DNA of 64,000 nt from Bryobacterales bacterium (GTDB lineage: Bacteria; Acidobacteriota; Terriglobia; Bryobacterales; Bryobacteraceae): assembly GCA_963767775.1 (NCBI GenBank), contig CAVYFI010000004.1, positions 153,006 to 217,005 on the forward strand, given 5' to 3'. A model generated the notes under the pieces. It was not told the origin of the DNA, did no database searches, and saw nothing but the letters and a program-made list of their open reading frames with translations. The position numbers and the translations under genes are program-made. Below, piece by piece: positions 61,390 through 64,000 of this stretch. Each line of letters starts with the position of its first letter. Position 1 is the stretch's first letter.

Positions 61390-61808
61390 ATGAGATCTCT
61401 CCATCTAGCGATCTTTCTCTGGATCGCTTCGGTGGCGCCAAGTGTCTCTCAAACTTTGCCCCATTCTGTGGCGCGCCATTTCGGATCCGACTGTTCCGAG
61501 GTTAGCGAGGTAGCGTCGGCGTATCTTCATCGCATGGGATATTTCCCGGTGACAAGCCACACTCTCACGACCTCTCCATTTTGGGCATTGACTCTGAGCC
61601 GTTAGAATCCGGAAAAGTTGTCAGAAAACGCAAGAAATGGAGGGACGCCAAAGGCAACGAGATCCCCGACCTCAAGGTGTAATGGACCTATGCGGATAGG
61701 AAGACCTCATGGGCCTACGGCAATAACGGGCTCATGGAGCGCGAGTATTTGGACGGAATGTCCGAATCACTGACAGCAGCAAAGGTCGCGACGCCTAAGC
61801 TAAACTGA
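61390..61808 (+). pseudogene. possible degraded secreted-protein gene (frame switch near 61603 and in-frame TAA at 61680-61682)
   Basis: Signal-like MRSLHLAIFLWIASVAPSVSQ (61390-61605). The next frame reads [58 protein letters not shown], ending at TGA 61806-61808. Confidence 0.25.
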
Positions 61809-61874
61809 AGTCGAGATGCAGCACGAGATGCCACAAAAAACCGGCGGCATGGAGATCGGCGGGAGCAGGTTCGG

Positions 61875-62021
61875 TTGCCCACCGGAGTTGTGCTTCGACC
61901 GCCGATTACTGCCGAAGACCTGAGGGCCGATACCGAGTATGACCCTGAAGGCGCCGACGAATTTGTGGCGCTCATCCGGTCGCTGCGGCGGGAAGGGCCT
62001 CGGCCAAACGCGCTTGAATGA
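61875..62021 (+). CDS. candidate antitoxin partner of the downstream PIN toxin (48 codons from TTG; N-terminus uncertain)
   Basis: ..[38 protein letters not shown]. The stop TGA 62019-62021 overlaps the vapC ATG 62018 (ATGA). No DNA-binding fold recognised. Confidence 0.3.
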   Translation: MPTGVVLRPPITAEDLRADTEYDPEGADEFVALIRSLRREGPRPNALE

Positions 62022-62434
62022 CCGCTGCGACGCCCGTCGTTGTAGACACCGACGTCATTTCGTTCCTGTTTAAGAACCACTCGCTGGCGTTGGCGTATCA
62101 AATGGTTCTCGCCGGCCGCCCCCTGACTGTTTCCCTGATAAGCCTGGCGGAAATTGACCACGGGATGGAGGTCAAGAACTGGGGCAGCGCGCGTCGGGAT
62201 CTGATGCACCGCTTCCTCGCCCGTTTCACTGCCCTGCTGCCTGATCATGAGACAGCGGCGCTGTGGGCCAAGATCAAGAGCAGCTGCGAAAAGAAGGGCC
62301 GCCCAATTACATTCGCGGATGCCTGGATAGCGGCATCCGCCGTGCAGCTCAACATACCGCTCGTGACCCATAACGCCGCTGACTACGTGGCAGTTGAGAG
62401 CCTGACCATTCTGACTGCTCCGGCCGTCTCTTAA
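62018..62434 (+). CDS. vapC: PIN-domain toxin (VapC family)
   Basis: [15 protein letters not shown]..., [23 protein letters not shown]. Intact 138 aa. Confidence 0.8.
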   Translation: MTAATPVVVDTDVISFLFKNHSLALAYQMVLAGRPLTVSLISLAEIDHGMEVKNWGSARRDLMHRFLARFTALLPDHETAALWAKIKSSCEKKGRPITFADAWIAASAVQLNIPLVTHNAADYVAVESLTILTAPAVS

Positions 62435-62483
62435 GCCCGAAGCTCTCTCACCCAACCAGGCCACCACCCACCAGCCACCACCG

Positions 62484-62512
62484 CCCACAACCCACCCCCC
62501 ACTACCCGCCCC
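62484..62512 (-). other. canonical G-quadruplex motif on the minus strand inside a 60-nt C/A-rich, G-poor tract (62451-62512)
   Basis: The minus strand reads GGGG-c-GGG-tagt-GGGGGG-t-GGG-ttgt-GGG: five G3+ runs with loops of 1-4 nt. Confidence 0.6.
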
Positions 62513-62521
62513 TGCTAAAAT
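62513..62521 (+). promoter_or_regulatory. possible extended -10 element upstream of uvrA
   Basis: TGcTAAAAT at 62513-62521, 19 nt before the uvrA ATG. No -35 or SD recognised. Confidence 0.3.
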
Positions 62522-62540
62522 AGAGACTCTCCCCGCGACA

Positions 62541-64000
62541 ATGCTCAAACGCATCACCGTGCACGGCGCCCGCCAGCACAATCTCAAAAATATCGATGTC
62601 GAGATCCCCCGCAACACACTCACCGTCATCACCGGCCTCAGCGGCTCCGGCAAATCCTCGCTCGCGTTCGACACCATCTACGCCGAAGGCCAGCGCCGCT
62701 ACGTGGAAACGCTTTCGCCCTACGCGCGCCAGTTTCTGGATCAGATGGAGCGGCCTGAAGTCGATTCCATCGACGGTCTCAGCCCGGCCATTTCCATCGA
62801 GCAGAAAACCACCAACCGCAGCCCGCGCTCCACCGTCGGCACCATCACCGAAATCTACGATTACTTGCGCGTGCTCTACTCCTCTATCGGCGTTCCGCAT
62901 TGCCCCACTTGCGGCATCGAAATCTCGCGCCAAAGCACCGAGCAGATCCTCGCAGCAAATCCTCGCGCTGAAGGAAGGCGAGCGCATCATGATACTCGCG
63001 CCCATCGTGCGCGGCCGCAAGGGCGAATATAAAAAGGACCTGGAAAAACTCTCGCGCCAGGGCTTTGTGCGCGCCCGCGTGGACGGCGTTCTGCGCTCGC
63101 TGGACGAAGAAATTCCGCTCGACAAGCGCAAGAATCACACTATCGAAATCGTGGTGGACCGCCTGCCGCTCAAGCCGGGCTCTGAAAAACGCATGGAGGC
63201 GTCCATCGAAACCGCCGCGAAACTCGCCAACGGACTGGTCACCGTCGCGGTCGTCAATGGCGAAGAGAAGCTCTATTCGCAAAAGCTGGCTTGTCCCAAT
63301 TGCGGCGCCAGCATCCCGCAGCTCGAGCCGCGCTCGTTCTCATTCAACAGCCCGTTCGGCGCGTGCGAAACCTGCCACGGACTGGGCAGCACCTGGAGCT
63401 TCGATCCCGCGAAAGTGATCGTCGATTCTTCCAAGCCTTTGCTGGACGGCGGCCTCGGCCCAGGTGCCAGTTCCTCTTACATGCAGCAACAGCTAACCGA
63501 CGGGGCGGCGAGCTGCGCATCAAGATCAATAAGCCGTTCGAAGAGCTGCCCAAGAAGTCGCAAGCGCTGCTGCTGGAAGGCGGCAACGGATTCGACGGCA
63601 TCATCAAGATCCTCACCGAGACGTACGAAGAAGCCGGCCCCGGGTATCGCGAGTGGCTGATGGATTACATGTCGCCCGCGCTTTGCCCCGATTGCCACGG
63701 CCGCCGGCTGCGCCCAGCAGTCTCGCGGTGCGCGTGAAGGGCGTTGGCCTCGGTGAGCTGACGGAGATGTCCATCGATCGCGCCGCTGGAACCGTCAAGT
63801 CCTGGAAGCTCAATGAACGCGAGCAGCAGATTGCCGCGCGTGTCATCGAAGAGATCCGTAATCGCCTGGAGTTCCTCACCGCGGTCGGTCTCAACTATTT
63901 GAGTCTGGCGCGATCGGCAGCCACGCTTTCGGGCGGAGAAGCTCAACGCATTCGCCTGGCCACGCAGATCGGCTCGAAACTTCGCGGCGTGCTGTATGTC
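62541..64000 (+). CDS. uvrA: excinuclease ABC subunit A, 5' part (3' end outside window); at least 3 frame switches (~62940, ~63490, ~63715)
   Basis: [67 protein letters not shown], Zn-finger CPNCG...CETCHGLG (62596-63660 frame), CPDCHGRRL (63291-63737). The last frame reads [17 protein letters not shown]. Confidence 0.9.

Noticed and set aside
61715-62677. 320-aa ORF on the - strand
   Set aside because: It runs antisense through vapC, the G-rich tract (giving [13 protein letters not shown]) and the uvrA 5' end. No coding-like features.
1-64000. Frame switches as programmed ribosomal frameshifting or recoding
   Set aside because: There are far too many (on the order of 60), in unrelated genes, and both +1 and -1. 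No recurring slippery heptamer or downstream structure is present at the sites I resolved (2257, 2301, 23947, 46479, 59993).
1-64000. Search for tRNA, rRNA, tmRNA, CRISPR arrays, integrases, phage or conjugation genes
   Set aside because: By eye I found no T-loop/acceptor-type motifs (GGTTCGAATCC-like) in intergenic DNA. I found no regularly spaced direct repeats and no recombinase or structural phage motifs. The only mobile-element trace is the RAYT remnant at 34037-34246.

Overview
GC-rich bacterial chromosomal segment with about 65 protein-coding genes on both strands. I saw no rRNA, tRNA, CRISPR array, integrase or intact IS. Several protein styles suggest, by inference only, an Acidobacteriota-like soil bacterium: a Ser/Thr kinase fused to a TolB-like beta-propeller, a CarboxypepD_reg-type TonB-dependent receptor, a PEP-CTERM protein, a BamA ending HFQFFFSIGQTF, and GC-rich REP hairpins. 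Content is mainly housekeeping. It includes catabolic dehydrogenases (mmsA, pruA, a cytochrome c/PQQ dehydrogenase) and envelope biogenesis genes (bamA, a SurA-like gene, tamB, lptE, pssA-psd). It also carries sulfate ABC uptake (sbp-cysTWA), rpsT, holA, uvrA, ligD, glgP, ppk2, two two-component systems and two VapC toxin loci. The dominant sequence-level feature is that roughly 26 genes, including indispensable ones, are split between reading frames by single-base indels. These occur in blocks, while a central ~21 kb (15.8-36.8 kb) is almost clean. I interpret this as consensus/assembly error rather than biology, so all boundaries of broken genes are approximate. I did not find a convincing self-contained novel multi-gene system. 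The leads most worth following are: (i) an overlapping Cfa-like methyltransferase plus geranylgeranyl-reductase-family flavoprotein pair (possible methyl-branched lipid route); (ii) a Cys-cluster secreted peptide, TonB-dependent receptor and CusF-like trio (possible copper-type metal uptake); (iii) a RAYT transposase remnant between perfect 25-bp inverted REP copies, plus two dispersed REP-like families; (iv) a Cys-rich protein, CbiX and ferredoxin-reductase-like operon.
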